From an uncultured Gemmataceae bacterium (lineage in GTDB: Bacteria > Planctomycetota > Planctomycetia > Gemmatales > Gemmataceae), in assembly GCA_963750165.1 (NCBI GenBank), contig CAVVPN010000003.1:1984001-2048000 (forward strand): a stretch of DNA of 64,000 bases. The letters are read 5' to 3'. Shown here piece after piece: positions 40,243 to 50,330 of this stretch. A model generated the notes under the pieces. That model searched no databases. It was not told where the DNA came from and saw only the letters and a list, made by a program, of their open reading frames with translations. Every line of letters begins with the position of its first letter. Position 1 is the stretch's first letter. A program made the position numbers and the translations under genes.

Positions 40243-43200
40243 TCACGTCGCCTTCTCCGGGACGCTCGCCAGTATTTCCTGCACCTTCTCGAACTTGGCG
40301 GGTTTGACCAGGAAGTGATCGAACCCGGCTTCCTGCGAACGCCGCCGGTCTGACTCCTTCCCGTAGCCCGTCATGGCAACCAGGACGACCCTCTGGAAAA
40401 CCGGTTGCTGACGCATCCTCTTCGCTACCTCATAACCGTCGAGCCCCGGCAAGCCAATGTCCAACAGGGCCACGTGAGGCCGGTAGTCGAGGGCCGCTTC
40501 CAGCGCGGTCGGGCCGTCTGGAGCCGTCCGAACATCATGCCCTGACTCCGTCAAGAGCAGCGCTAAACTCGCAGCCGTATCTGCGTTGTCATCAACCACC
40601 AGCACCCGCAAGGATGGTCCGGTCGGTTTGGCCGTTTCAGTAGGAGGCGACGGCGGCTGCGGTTCGGCTGTCAGCACCACCGGCAGGCGCACGACGAACT
40701 CGCTGCCTTGCCCCAAAGCACTGGAGGCCGCCACCTTTCCTCCGTGCATTGCCACAATCCGTTGCACCAACGCCAGCCCAATGCCCAACCCGCCTTGCGA
40801 GCGGGCCAGGGATCGTTCGGCTTGCGTGAACAAGTCGAAGATGCGTGGCAGGAGGTCGGGGGCGATGCCGACGCCCGAATCCCGCACTTGCAGCACAGCT
40901 TCATTGCCCTCTTGTTGAAGGCTCAGCCCAATCTGACCGCCTTCGTCCGTGTATTTCGCGGCGTTGTTGAGCAGGTTAACGACCACCTGGACCAGACGGG
41001 TCGAGTCGCCGTCGATCCAAATGGGCGAAGGCGGGAGATGCACGGCGAGGGTGTGCCGACGCTGCTCGATCATGGAACGAACCGTCTCTACGCCATCTTC
41101 CACAATGGCCCGCATGTCCAATTGCTCCCGCCGGAGATGAATCCTACCCGTCGAAAAGCGGGACACTTCCAAAAGATCATCGACCAGATGGACCAGTTGC
41201 CCAACTTGACGCTCAATGATCATCCCGGCCTGTTGCAGAAGCCCGCTCTCGCCCCGCCGAAGCTGAAGAAGTTGCACAGCGTTCAAGATGGGGGCAAGGG
41301 GGTTGCGGAGTTCGTGCGACAGCATCGCCAAGAACTCGTCCTTGCGGCGGTCGGAGTCCCGTAGCTTGTTCAGCAGCCGCAGCCGCTCGTAGGCCACCGC
41401 GACGTAGTGGGCGACGGTTTGCAGAACGGCCAGTTCGTCGGGATCGAACTCGTCCCTCGTCCGGCTGGCGAAGGAGAGCGTGCCGATCAGCAGTTTGTCG
41501 GACATCAGCGGGTTGCAGGCGTAAGCCCGGAGGCCGAACGACTTGGCCAACTGGGCCTTCGGGTCGTCGGTCTGCTGGATGTGGGTCGCCACGATGGGCT
41601 GGCGCTGCAAGGCCACCATGCCGCAGATGTGTTGGCCGAACTTCAGCCGCTCGATGGAACGGGCCGTGTCTTCGGGGATGCCGACGTACGATGCCAGCCG
41701 CAGGGCATCGCCGCTATCGTCCACCATGTAATTGAAGTAAGCGTCCACGCCAAGCGGCGGGCCGATCTTGTCGAGCAGGCCGTGCAGCATGGCGTCTGGG
41801 GCGCCGGTGGACAGCAGCACTCCCGCCGCCTCCCAGAGGAGATGCAACCGCTCGTTCTGGGTCTTGACGGCGGCTTCGGCGCGCTTGCGGTCGGTCATGT
41901 CCACCAGCATCACGACCACGCCGTCAATCTTGTTCTCCAGGGTCCGATACGGGCGAAGGCGCAAGGAGTACCAGCGGCCGCCCTTGTCCCGGACATCACA
42001 CTCCTTGGTGCTGACCGTGTCGAACACCTCCGCCAGGAGCAGCTCCAGGTCGGGGAGGTCGTCGAGGTTGTGCATGATGTCGGCCAACGGCCGGCCCAGG
42101 GCGGCGGGGCCAAGGTTAAGCAGCTTCTCCGCTGCCGGCGTGAACCGCCGCACACACAGGTCCGGCCCAAGCATGACGATGGCCATCTGGACGCTGCCGA
42201 GCAGGTTGACGAGGTCGTTGTTGACCCGGTTCAGCTCCGCGTTGCGGTTGTTCAGCTCGTCGTTGACGGTGGCCAGCTCTTCGTTGCTCGACTGGATCTC
42301 CTCCTTGGAGGTTTCCAGCTCTTCGTTCGTGCTTTGCAGCTCTTCGTTGGCCGACTGGACCTCCTCGTTGGCGGATTGCAGTTCCTCGTTGGCGGCCTCC
42401 TGCTGCTCGATCAACGATTGCAGATACTCGCGCGTGGCGGATAACTCTTGCGCCAGGCGTGCGTTGTCAGGGTCTGGCGAGCCGGGTTGCGTTTGCACCC
42501 GGAGCGCTGCTTCGCTCGCATCTCCTGCGAGAGCTGACGGCGCCTTGCTCGCCTGGGACGAATCTTCGAACAGGACCAGGAAGCCGCCTTCCTTTCCCCC
42601 GCTACCCTTAATCGGAATCACTTCGATAGCGACCTCGCGGTAGCCGCCGTTGGACTTGACGCGCAAGCCCTCCTCCCGCACCGGAGCCTGCTCCTTGCCC
42701 GCCCGGAGGACGGCCGCGCGGACGGCGACGAGCAGTCCTTCACGGAGCATCTTCAGCAGGCTCAGGCTGGCCTTGCCGGGGGACGGCGCCAGGTACGGGC
42801 CGGTGTCGCCGCGGTATTGCAGGATGTCCAGGTCGGCGGTGACGAGCACGCCGGGCGGGGCGAACTTGGCCGAGAGGACGCGGTCCGCCTCCCGGTGCAG
42901 GTCCGCGCCGTCGTTCGGCCGCGCCGTGATGGGCGTGAACGGGGACTGTAGTGCCCCGCCGTGTTGCAGTGGGAAATGGCCGTGCCCCGGACCGGAACCC
43001 GGTTTCCTGGAGTAGATCTTGTGCTTGGCATCCTCCGCCTCGAACAGGTTCCGGTAGGTGCCGATCGTCTCCGAGCCGCCCAGCCACAGGCAACCCGCCG
43101 GCTTGAGCGCATAGTGCAGGGTCGGCACGATCTTCTGTTGCAGCACCGGCTCCAGGTAGATGAGCAGGTTGCGGCAGCTAATCAGGTCGATGCGCGAGAA

Positions 43201-44472
43201 AGGCGGGTCGGCCAGCACGTTGTGCCGGGAGAAGACGCAGGCATCGCGGATCGACTTGCTGATCCGGTAGCTGCCGTCCACCTCGGTGAAGAATCGCCGC
43301 AGGCGTTCCGGCGAAACGTCCTGGGCGATGTCCTTTGAGTAGACGCCCGCGCGGGCTTTCTCGATGCCCGCGGGGTTCAGGTCGGTGGCGAAGAGCTGGA
43401 GCGGCACGGAGCTGCCCGCGGCCTCGGCGGCCTCCGCGAACACCATTGCCAGGGAGTACGCTTCCTGCCCGGTCGAGCAGCCAAGCGTCCAGAGCCGCAC
43501 CGGGTCCTGCCGGGACCGGTCTTTGAGCAAGCGAGGGAACACTTTGCTTTTGAGCGCCTCGAACGACTCCTTGTCGCGGAAGAAGCTGGTGACGCTGATC
43601 AGGATGTCCTGGTACAGGGCGTCCACTTCGGCCGGCGTCTCGCGCAGGAACCGCACGTATTCGGGCAGCGTGTCCATCTTCTGAAAGACCATGCGGCGGG
43701 TGACGCGGCGGAAGAGGGTGTTGAACTTGTAGTGGGTGAAATCGACGCCGGTGGCGTGGTGGAGCAGTTGCACGACCTCGGCGAGGTTCGGCTTGTCGTC
43801 CGTCTCCCGGGCCTCCGCCACCGGCGCCGCATACGGGTGTTGACTGATGCGGACGATCTCCCGGGCGATCCCGTCCGGAGGCAGCACGAAGTCCACGCAC
43901 CCGGAGGCGATGGCGCTGTGCGGCATCCCCTCGTGCTGGGCCGTCGCGTCCTGGGCGAAGGTGATGCCGCCCTCCCCCTTGATCGCTTCCAGGCCGACGG
44001 TTCCGTCCGAGGCCGTGCCGGACAGAACCACACCGATGGCCTGGTGCCGCCGGTCTTCCGCCAGCGCGCGGAAGAACTGATCCACCGGCCGGTGCAGCCC
44101 GCCCTCGCGCGGCAGGAGCTGCAACGCCCCGCGGACGAGGATCATGCTTCGGTCAGGCGGGATTACGTAGACGTGGTTCGGCTCGACCGTCGCCTCTTCG
44201 TTAACCTCCATGACCGGCATTTTCGTTGCCCGCGACAGGATTTCCGCCAGGGCGCTGGGATGCGTGGGCGCCAGGTGCTGCACCAGGACGAAGGCCATGC
44301 CGGTATCGGCCGGCAGCGCCTTGAGCAGTTGCGTGAACGCCTCCAGCCCGCCGGCCGAGGCGCCGACGCCGACAATCGGGAACGCCTCGCCTTCGACCAG
44401 CACGTCGCATTCGTCCGCGGCATCGTTCGCCGCCGGCGATTCAGGAAGTTGGTCGGCTGGCGTTTTTGTCAT
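40243..44472 (-). CDS. CheB-CheR-PAS-GAF hybrid histidine kinase with C-terminal receiver
   Basis: GASAGG, VTSFFRD, GCSTGQEAYS, ISCRNLLIY, EELQS coiled coil, GAF, MLSHELRNPL, VDDN...DIGLP. Confidence 0.95.
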   Translation of the reverse strand: MTKTPADQLPESPAANDAADECDVLVEGEAFPIVGVGASAGGLEAFTQLLKALPADTGMAFVLVQHLAPTHPSALAEILSRATKMPVMEVNEEATVEPNHVYVIPPDRSMILVRGALQLLPREGGLHRPVDQFFRALAEDRRHQAIGVVLSGTASDGTVGLEAIKGEGGITFAQDATAQHEGMPHSAIASGCVDFVLPPDGIAREIVRISQHPYAAPVAEARETDDKPNLAEVVQLLHHATGVDFTHYKFNTLFRRVTRRMVFQKMDTLPEYVRFLRETPAEVDALYQDILISVTSFFRDKESFEALKSKVFPRLLKDRSRQDPVRLWTLGCSTGQEAYSLAMVFAEAAEAAGSSVPLQLFATDLNPAGIEKARAGVYSKDIAQDVSPERLRRFFTEVDGSYRISKSIRDACVFSRHNVLADPPFSRIDLISCRNLLIYLEPVLQQKIVPTLHYALKPAGCLWLGGSETIGTYRNLFEAEDAKHKIYSRKPGSGPGHGHFPLQHGGALQSPFTPITARPNDGADLHREADRVLSAKFAPPGVLVTADLDILQYRGDTGPYLAPSPGKASLSLLKMLREGLLVAVRAAVLRAGKEQAPVREEGLRVKSNGGYREVAIEVIPIKGSGGKEGGFLVLFEDSSQASKAPSALAGDASEAALRVQTQPGSPDPDNARLAQELSATREYLQSLIEQQEAANEELQSANEEVQSANEELQSTNEELETSKEEIQSSNEELATVNDELNNRNAELNRVNNDLVNLLGSVQMAIVMLGPDLCVRRFTPAAEKLLNLGPAALGRPLADIMHNLDDLPDLELLLAEVFDTVSTKECDVRDKGGRWYSLRLRPYRTLENKIDGVVVMLVDMTDRKRAEAAVKTQNERLHLLWEAAGVLLSTGAPDAMLHGLLDKIGPPLGVDAYFNYMVDDSGDALRLASYVGIPEDTARSIERLKFGQHICGMVALQRQPIVATHIQQTDDPKAQLAKSFGLRAYACNPLMSDKLLIGTLSFASRTRDEFDPDELAVLQTVAHYVAVAYERLRLLNKLRDSDRRKDEFLAMLSHELRNPLAPILNAVQLLQLRRGESGLLQQAGMIIERQVGQLVHLVDDLLEVSRFSTGRIHLRREQLDMRAIVEDGVETVRSMIEQRRHTLAVHLPPSPIWIDGDSTRLVQVVVNLLNNAAKYTDEGGQIGLSLQQEGNEAVLQVRDSGVGIAPDLLPRIFDLFTQAERSLARSQGGLGIGLALVQRIVAMHGGKVAASSALGQGSEFVVRLPVVLTAEPQPPSPPTETAKPTGPSLRVLVVDDNADTAASLALLLTESGHDVRTAPDGPTALEAALDYRPHVALLDIGLPGLDGYEVAKRMRQQPVFQRVVLVAMTGYGKESDRRRSQEAGFDHFLVKPAKFEKVQEILASVPEKAT

Positions 44473-44725
44473 GGGGAGTTCTCCGTCGGCAGTGCCGCTG
44501 CCAGTGCCGTCGCCAGCACTGCCACGAGTCGCCCCCCCCCCACCTGAATTTGTGTACATCATCGTTTCCACGGCTGTATTCCCTTCAACCACCTGGCGAC
44601 GACAAGAGGAAGAAATGCGATCAGTATATCGGATCGTGCCGCTGACGGACACGCTCGCCACGGGCGGTCCACGGCGCTCGCGCATTGGGAACAGGTGATG
44701 GGGCAGGCGAAAAAGTGCGTTAAGC

Positions 44726-45140
44726 ATGATCCGAAGTAAAAGTAACCAAACCGCAGAGAAACGGGTCGCCAGCGTCTTGATCGTTGATGATCACCCGGCC
44801 GTCCGCGAGGCCCTAACCATCCGATTGTCTCGCGAACGCGACCTGGACGTTTGCGGCGACGCAGCCGATGTCACCGAAGCCTTACGGGTGTTCGACGCCA
44901 CCAACCCCGATGTGGCCGTCATCGACATCTCGCTCAAGGGCGGCGACGGCATCGACCTGATCAAGCGGATCAAGGCACGCAACGATTCCGGCTGTTGATT
45001 TGGTCCATGTATAGCGAGAAGCGAGAGCCTCTGTGCCGAGCGGGCTTTGCCAGCCGGAGCGCTGGGCTACATCAACTAAGGAACAGGCGACCGATCAGAT
45101 CATCTTGGCGATTCGCCGCGTGCCGTACAGAAGCGATGAG
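44726..45140 (+). pseudogene. NarL-type response regulator remnant
   Basis: VLIVDDHPAVRE and DISL, then frameshifted LIWSMYSE and GALGYIN; no HTH. Confidence 0.75.
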
Positions 45141-45379
45141 CTTTCAGGTAGGGACGGTGCGGCCCGGTCGGCATAACGCTTGTAGGGCCTTTCTGTGGAC
45201 CTGCAAAGGGCTATTGGATTGCAGGGTTCGGTACTCTTTCGGTGGGTGAAGGGTGGACTCTGTGGCGCGGCCTTTTTGTCCCGGTGGCTGTTTCGGCGAG
45301 CCCCTCGTTGCTTCCGTGCGGTACAGGCCAGGCTCTCGCGCCGGTGCAGTACAGGACACTTAACGATTGGGAGGTTGCC

Positions 45380-45760
45380 ATGAAGACGCAGGGTGAAATC
45401 GAAGCCGGCATCTGCGAAGGCATGGCGCGGTTTGAGCAGGAATACATGGGCAGGGGGCCCAAGGACATTCACGCCCACCTGATCGGTGACCTGCTCGTGG
45501 TCCGCCTCCAGGGCGTCCTGACCGCGGCCGAACAGCAACTGGTCAAGACGCTGCCGGCCGGGAAGGGGCGGAACCTGCTCAAAGAAGTCCGGACGCAGCT
45601 GATAGAAACGGCGCGACCGGTCCTGGAAGCGCTGGTCCAGGAGGTCACCGGCGTCAAGGTGTTGAGCCTGCACCACGACATCAGCACTGTTACCGGCGAA
45701 GAGATCGTGCTCTTCACCCTGGCCGGATCGCCTGCGTTCCGGGAAACGAAGAAGAAATAG
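45380..45760 (+). CDS. DUF2294 (MpsC-like) protein
   Basis: Near-identical to 37192-37572. Confidence 0.9.
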   Translation: MKTQGEIEAGICEGMARFEQEYMGRGPKDIHAHLIGDLLVVRLQGVLTAAEQQLVKTLPAGKGRNLLKEVRTQLIETARPVLEALVQEVTGVKVLSLHHDISTVTGEEIVLFTLAGSPAFRETKKK

Positions 45761-46409
45761 GCCCTTCAAAGGCTGCCACAAACATTTGTCGTCTGTGACC
45801 AAGGCGAGACTTCTGGCGGGTGAGTTCCTTGCCGCCCCGGGCCATCGGCTCGGCCGCCTCGGTGTCGTGGGTTTGGTCTCCTCCGCGCCGCTGGTACTTT
45901 GGTGGTACTTTGGTGGTTGCGGGCTTTAGCGGGCCCGACAAGCGGCGCCGATCTTGCAGATGATATAGCGTGCGGCCCCCAACGCGCGACGGTACAACAC
46001 CAGCTTTGCTGATCAACACCTCGGGAAGGCCTCGGGAAGGCCCGGGGCAAAGTGAACGCAAGCACCCAGCCGGATTCCGACGGTGACCAGCCAAATCCAG
46101 ATCAGGCGGGCTGCGCGCTTGTCGGTGGGAGTACGAGGCGCCCTTCGACGCCGCACCTATTCATAGCATCGACGACGGTATACCTTCGAGCACGGCGCTG
46201 GCCGGTCCAAGCGACCGCCTGAATCCAGGTCAGGCGCGCCTTCCTTGTCAGACATAGAGAAGGGCATTGCCTGGCGCGTCTCGGTCAAGGAGATTGGACA
46301 GCCGAAGTGGGACCGAGGTACTTCATCCGGGCGAACTCATCCCGGCCTCTGAAGAATTGCCGAGAGCTTTTCCTCACCAGCCCTGCGAGACAAAATGGTA
46401 AAGCAGAGG

Positions 46410-46950
46410 GTCATTCGGCCGGCCTCACCTTGTGGGCCAGCAGGGTGTCGCTCGCCACATCCTGGCCGTTCGCTAGTAGGGCCACCTCGTATTTCCCCGG
46501 TCCCGGAATCTGCATCGGCAGATGGTGGAGGGGAATCATCCAAATCTGAAGAGGGTCGTGAGTCTCGAACGGTGCCTCCAGCTTGCAGCTAAAGAGGAAG
46601 TCCCCCTCAAGAACCCCTCAAGGGTCCGCAGCTGCACCTCGACGACGTATGAGCCGTGAGCGTTCGTCCAGCGGGCGACGACCCCGAAGTCTTCGGTCAG
46701 AGGATAGCGAGCGGAAAAAACCTGATGAACCGGCGAGACGATGGTGCAGTCCTGCCGAGCGGGATCGACGAAAAGGTCACGGCAGGGTACGAAGCACCTG
46801 CACCCTGGAGTCGGTCGGCGTTCCACGGCTACGGCCTCTGAAGGAACTGACCCAGTTCCTTCTGGAAGGGGAACCCGCTCGGCGGGTTTTCGGGGCTCCG
46901 AAGAAGGTTGAGGACGGGCAACTCCATCGTTTTCGCCACGCCCCCTCGGC
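46410..46950 (-). pseudogene. Frameshifted hypothetical protein (DUF6941-like beta-sandwich)
   Basis: ARWTNAHGSYVVEVQL continues as IPGPGKYEVALLANG in another frame. Confidence 0.4.
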
Positions 46951-47290
46951 GAACGCTTCCTCGACTTCGTACTCGCAAAGTTTGTGAACGAAACCCGCGA
47001 GATGCCGTTATCAGCTGGTTCTCCCAGGTTTCTCGGCGTCGCCCGCGTTAACAAGATGTCATCGTTATCAACGTGATAACGCCACAAGCCGCACGGAAAG
47101 GCCGGTACCGCCTACAGTTGCATACCTGGGCGAGCGATTTCGTTCCCGCGGCGGTGCACGGGTGTGGGATTACAGTTCGGTATCAGTGAGAACTCTCGTC
47201 GTGAATGATTGAGGGGTATCGACAGTCGATATGGTGCATGGGTCAACAACGCAAAAACGCGCCGGGAAAGAGGATAACCGACCGAAAACC

Positions 47291-47325
47291 GGGTTCCGCC
47301 CGAAGCCTCGCCTCGGGCGGAACCC
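47291..47325 (-). terminator. Hairpin immediately after the radC stop
   Basis: gggttccgcccga/tcgggcggaaccc followed by a short U tract. Confidence 0.5.
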
Positions 47326-47329
47326 ATCT

Positions 47330-47815
47330 TCAGAGTAACCCGTGTTCCGCAAAACTGTAGGCACCGTCTCTCCCAAGGATAATGTGGTCGAGAAGTGGAA
47401 TTCGGAGAAGCTCTCCAGCTTCTTTCAGTTTTCTCGTCATGGCTTTGTCCTCGGGTGAAGGCGAGAGCGAACCAGCGGGATGGTTATGCGCCACAATAAT
47501 CCGAGTCGCCGCCGTCTGGAGCGCCACTCCGAACACAATTCGTGGATCGACCGCAGCATAATCGAGCCCGCCCGTCGCCACTCGTACCCAGCCCAAAGGC
47601 TCAACTGCGTTATTGAGGCAAAGCACAACAAAGTCTTCCGCGTACTCGATTCGGTCCTTGTCCCAGACGGACCGCAAATACTCCTCCGCCGTCTGTGGCG
47701 TCGAGCACACCCAGGGCATCCTCACCTGCCCGGTCTCAGCCTTCCTAATCCTCTTGTACGACACCTTGAGTTCAGCGAGCCTCGCACTCCGTTCAAACGT
47801 CTTTAGCACGATCAT
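47330..47815 (-). CDS. radC: RadC/JAB domain protein
   Basis: AHNHPAGSLSPSPED and LLDHIIL motifs. Confidence 0.9.
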   Translation of the reverse strand: MIVLKTFERSARLAELKVSYKRIRKAETGQVRMPWVCSTPQTAEEYLRSVWDKDRIEYAEDFVVLCLNNAVEPLGWVRVATGGLDYAAVDPRIVFGVALQTAATRIIVAHNHPAGSLSPSPEDKAMTRKLKEAGELLRIPLLDHIILGRDGAYSFAEHGLL

Positions 47816-47873
47816 GATGAAATCCTCCGTGATGCAAGCCGGGGGTTCTCACCCCGGCTCCTCGTTTGTTTCG

Positions 47874-48251
47874 CTAGTCCTCGTCCGGAAGCATCACGGT
47901 GATGCACGGCGATGCGTCGTCACTTGGTCCGCAGACGGCTTTCAGCGTCACGGGTTTCGGTTCCCCCTCGTCGTTTTGAACGAGGAGGCTGTAAAGAATT
48001 GTCGAAGCTTCCCAGCGGGAACGGCGCACCGCATCCCGGAGCATCCAGAGAATGTCCCAGAGTCGCCCGCGTTCATCCTGTCCGGTGACACCCTCCGGCA
48101 CCGTCACATACTTCCCGTAGGCCGTCCCGGTGATGGCGACCGGGAAGCGGATGCCCGCTTCCTTTGCCGTTTCCGTCACGTCGACAAGAACGCCGTCCGC
48201 AATCGCCTCTTTCCTCGTGTAAGCAAAGATAACGTTCCAATCATCTGACAT
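47874..48251 (-). CDS. DUF6573-like mobile-element protein
   Basis: YTRKEAIADGVLVDV...GQDERGRLWDIL...ITVMLPDED. Confidence 0.75.
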   Translation of the reverse strand: MSDDWNVIFAYTRKEAIADGVLVDVTETAKEAGIRFPVAITGTAYGKYVTVPEGVTGQDERGRLWDILWMLRDAVRRSRWEASTILYSLLVQNDEGEPKPVTLKAVCGPSDDASPCITVMLPDED

Positions 48252-48605
48252 GGTGGTTCTCCAAAGCGGGCCGACCTTCACCCGCCACCCGTGGCGGTCG
48301 ACCGCGGTTTCGAGCCTCCATCCCGGAAACCGGACTCCCGGAAGAGGAGGGGGCAGCGGGCTTCATTCGAAATTGCTCATGAAGCCCGCTGCCCCCTCCG
48401 ACGGGAGTTAAAAAACAAAGCCTCGGGCCTTCAGGCCCGAGACGATATAGTGCGACGGCTCAAGCGTCCTCCGGGTGCGGAGCAAAGCAAGGGGCGTGAC
48501 AGGCAAAGCCTGGCGCGACCGTTGCTGCGGAGTGCCCGGAGGACGCGCCGGCCGTCGCCAAAAAAACCACTTCCCTCAATTGATTCTCGGAAGAGACTCG
48601 AAGTG

Positions 48606-48836
48606 CTACTCGCCCAGTAACCGCTCAATGACCGCGTCTCCCTCGGATGGCTCCATTCCTCGATTGACGTAGTCGGTGAAGTCCACAACGGCACCGAGGA
48701 AACGGGACCTGGCCTCGCGGTCCATTTGCTCGTACCGGATTCTCTTTTCAGTCCCGTCTTCTTGGGGAATGACTTGGGCTCCTTCGGCAATTGCCGCCGT
48801 CAATTCCCGCGTAAATTCTTCGATAAGTGTGTCCAT
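48606..48836 (-). CDS. Small hypothetical protein
   Basis: Strong AAGGAGGAG Shine-Dalgarno; operon orientation. Confidence 0.6.
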   Translation of the reverse strand: MDTLIEEFTRELTAAIAEGAQVIPQEDGTEKRIRYEQMDREARSRFLGAVVDFTDYVNRGMEPSEGDAVIERLLGE

Positions 48837-48918
48837 GCTCCTCCTTGGTTAATTGGGACCACACCACTAACAAAGGCCGACTATCGGCCGCTTTCTGTGG
48901 CGGCGGTCCCGAAAAGCC

Positions 48919-49125
48919 TCACTTTCGCCTGCTTCCTCGAATCGGCCTCGCCGTATCCTGCACTACGCTGTCCAGCCATCCGCGAAGGAAGCAAATATCA
49001 CCGTAAATGTGATTTGCCCGGTCGTGTTCAGGCGCACGTTGGTAGTCCTTCTCTTCGTCCAATTCGAGGTAATTCAGAAGCCTCGTCAACGTGTCGATTA
49101 CTTCGGGGGTAATTTTCTGCTGCAT
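48919..49125 (-). CDS. Small hypothetical protein
   Basis: MQQKITPEVID...NHIYGD; AAGGAG upstream. Confidence 0.5.
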   Translation of the reverse strand: MQQKITPEVIDTLTRLLNYLELDEEKDYQRAPEHDRANHIYGDICFLRGWLDSVVQDTARPIRGSRRK

Positions 49126-49191
49126 GCTGCTCCTTGCCGGAAAATGGCCGGGGGGATTTCTCTCCAGATATGTCTCCCCCGGCACGTTCAT

Positions 49192-49992
49192 TTACTGCAC
49201 GGCCTTTTCAAGCTCCTCCGCGAGCCGCCAAAGCTCCCGGTTTATCCGCAGGTCCTCGTCGATGTTTTTCACGGCTCGGCTGCGGAAGCGGCGTCCATCG
49301 CTCCGAACGTTCGGAACTCCTCCTCGCATCAGATTCTCTTGCACCGAGTTCAGCACGTTCCAAAGGGTCGGCTCCGTCTGCTCGAACCGGCGCGGCAAAA
49401 GAACCTCCTTCGGGTCAACCTCGACGGCCTGGGGGTCGAAGCGGAGCGAAATTGCGGCGTCGGCGAAGGCGAACTGCTCATCAAGCTTGAGTCGAATTCC
49501 CCTCCAGCGTTCCCGCTGCTCGAAGGTCGCGGGAATCGACGCCGTGAAATGCCTGACGGCTCCCTCAACGAAAAAAGCCACGTCCCCGACGTGCGGAATT
49601 GAGAGACGGTCTTGAACCTCCCGCCAGACGACGAGACCATTTCCGCACACAAATTCGAGAAGCCCCGAGAATAGGTGCAAGCTCGATTGTCCGTTGTGGG
49701 CGTGCTTCACGAGGATTTCCGGGGCGGCGTCCTTACTCCGAAGTTCGGCGTGTTGAAGCCGGACCATGTGCCCCTGGAAGCCCCGATTTTCAGGCTTTCT
49801 GACACGGGCCTCGATGACGGAGGCGGGGTGCCAGTCGAATTCCGCGAAGGCGTCCAGAACCTCCTTCGTGCTGATAAACCGATACTGCTCAGAGGTTTTC
49901 GAGGGGTGACGGTTTTCCTGCTGGACGGTGGCGAAATGCTCCACGTTCAGCGGAGAATATTCGAGGACAGTGGCGAATCGATTCGTTTGCAT
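49192..49992 (-). CDS. DUF932/DUF945 family protein
   Basis: SEQYRFIST, HMVRL, FVCGNGLV, LWNVLNSVQENLMRGG, INRELW. Confidence 0.85.
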   Translation of the reverse strand: MQTNRFATVLEYSPLNVEHFATVQQENRHPSKTSEQYRFISTKEVLDAFAEFDWHPASVIEARVRKPENRGFQGHMVRLQHAELRSKDAAPEILVKHAHNGQSSLHLFSGLLEFVCGNGLVVWREVQDRLSIPHVGDVAFFVEGAVRHFTASIPATFEQRERWRGIRLKLDEQFAFADAAISLRFDPQAVEVDPKEVLLPRRFEQTEPTLWNVLNSVQENLMRGGVPNVRSDGRRFRSRAVKNIDEDLRINRELWRLAEELEKAVQ

Positions 49993-50330
49993 TTTCGTTC
50001 CTTCGGTTACGCCAACCCTCCCTCACCGGACTTTCGGGAAGGGGGGATCGACTGTTGTTTCGCCCCTTTTGAACAACAGTCGATCCCCCCTTCCCGAATA
50101 CGGCGAAGCCGACAATAATGCCGAGCGAAGCGAGACCGCTGGTTGCCGCCGGATCGGGCCGGAGACGGAAGCAGGAAGCATGACAGGGGTGCTGTTTCCC
50201 TGGCATGCTTCCTGCGTGTCGGAGGACCGACCGCCGGGAGAGAAAAAGGCCGGGCGAAGCCCGACCTCAGAGAGGCTTTCCAGATGCGATGGCGAAGACC
50301 CTTCCGTGTGGTCTCAGCCATCGCGGCATG

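Noticed and set aside
42280..42420. 21 bp periodic repeats as a possible CRISPR or VNTR
   Set aside because: They encode the EELQS(A/T)N coiled coil of the CheB-CheR kinase.
45169..45185. sigma54-like site cGGCAtaacgcTTGt upstream of DUF2294
   Set aside because: The -12 GC is not intact, and the site is not conserved before the other DUF2294 copies.
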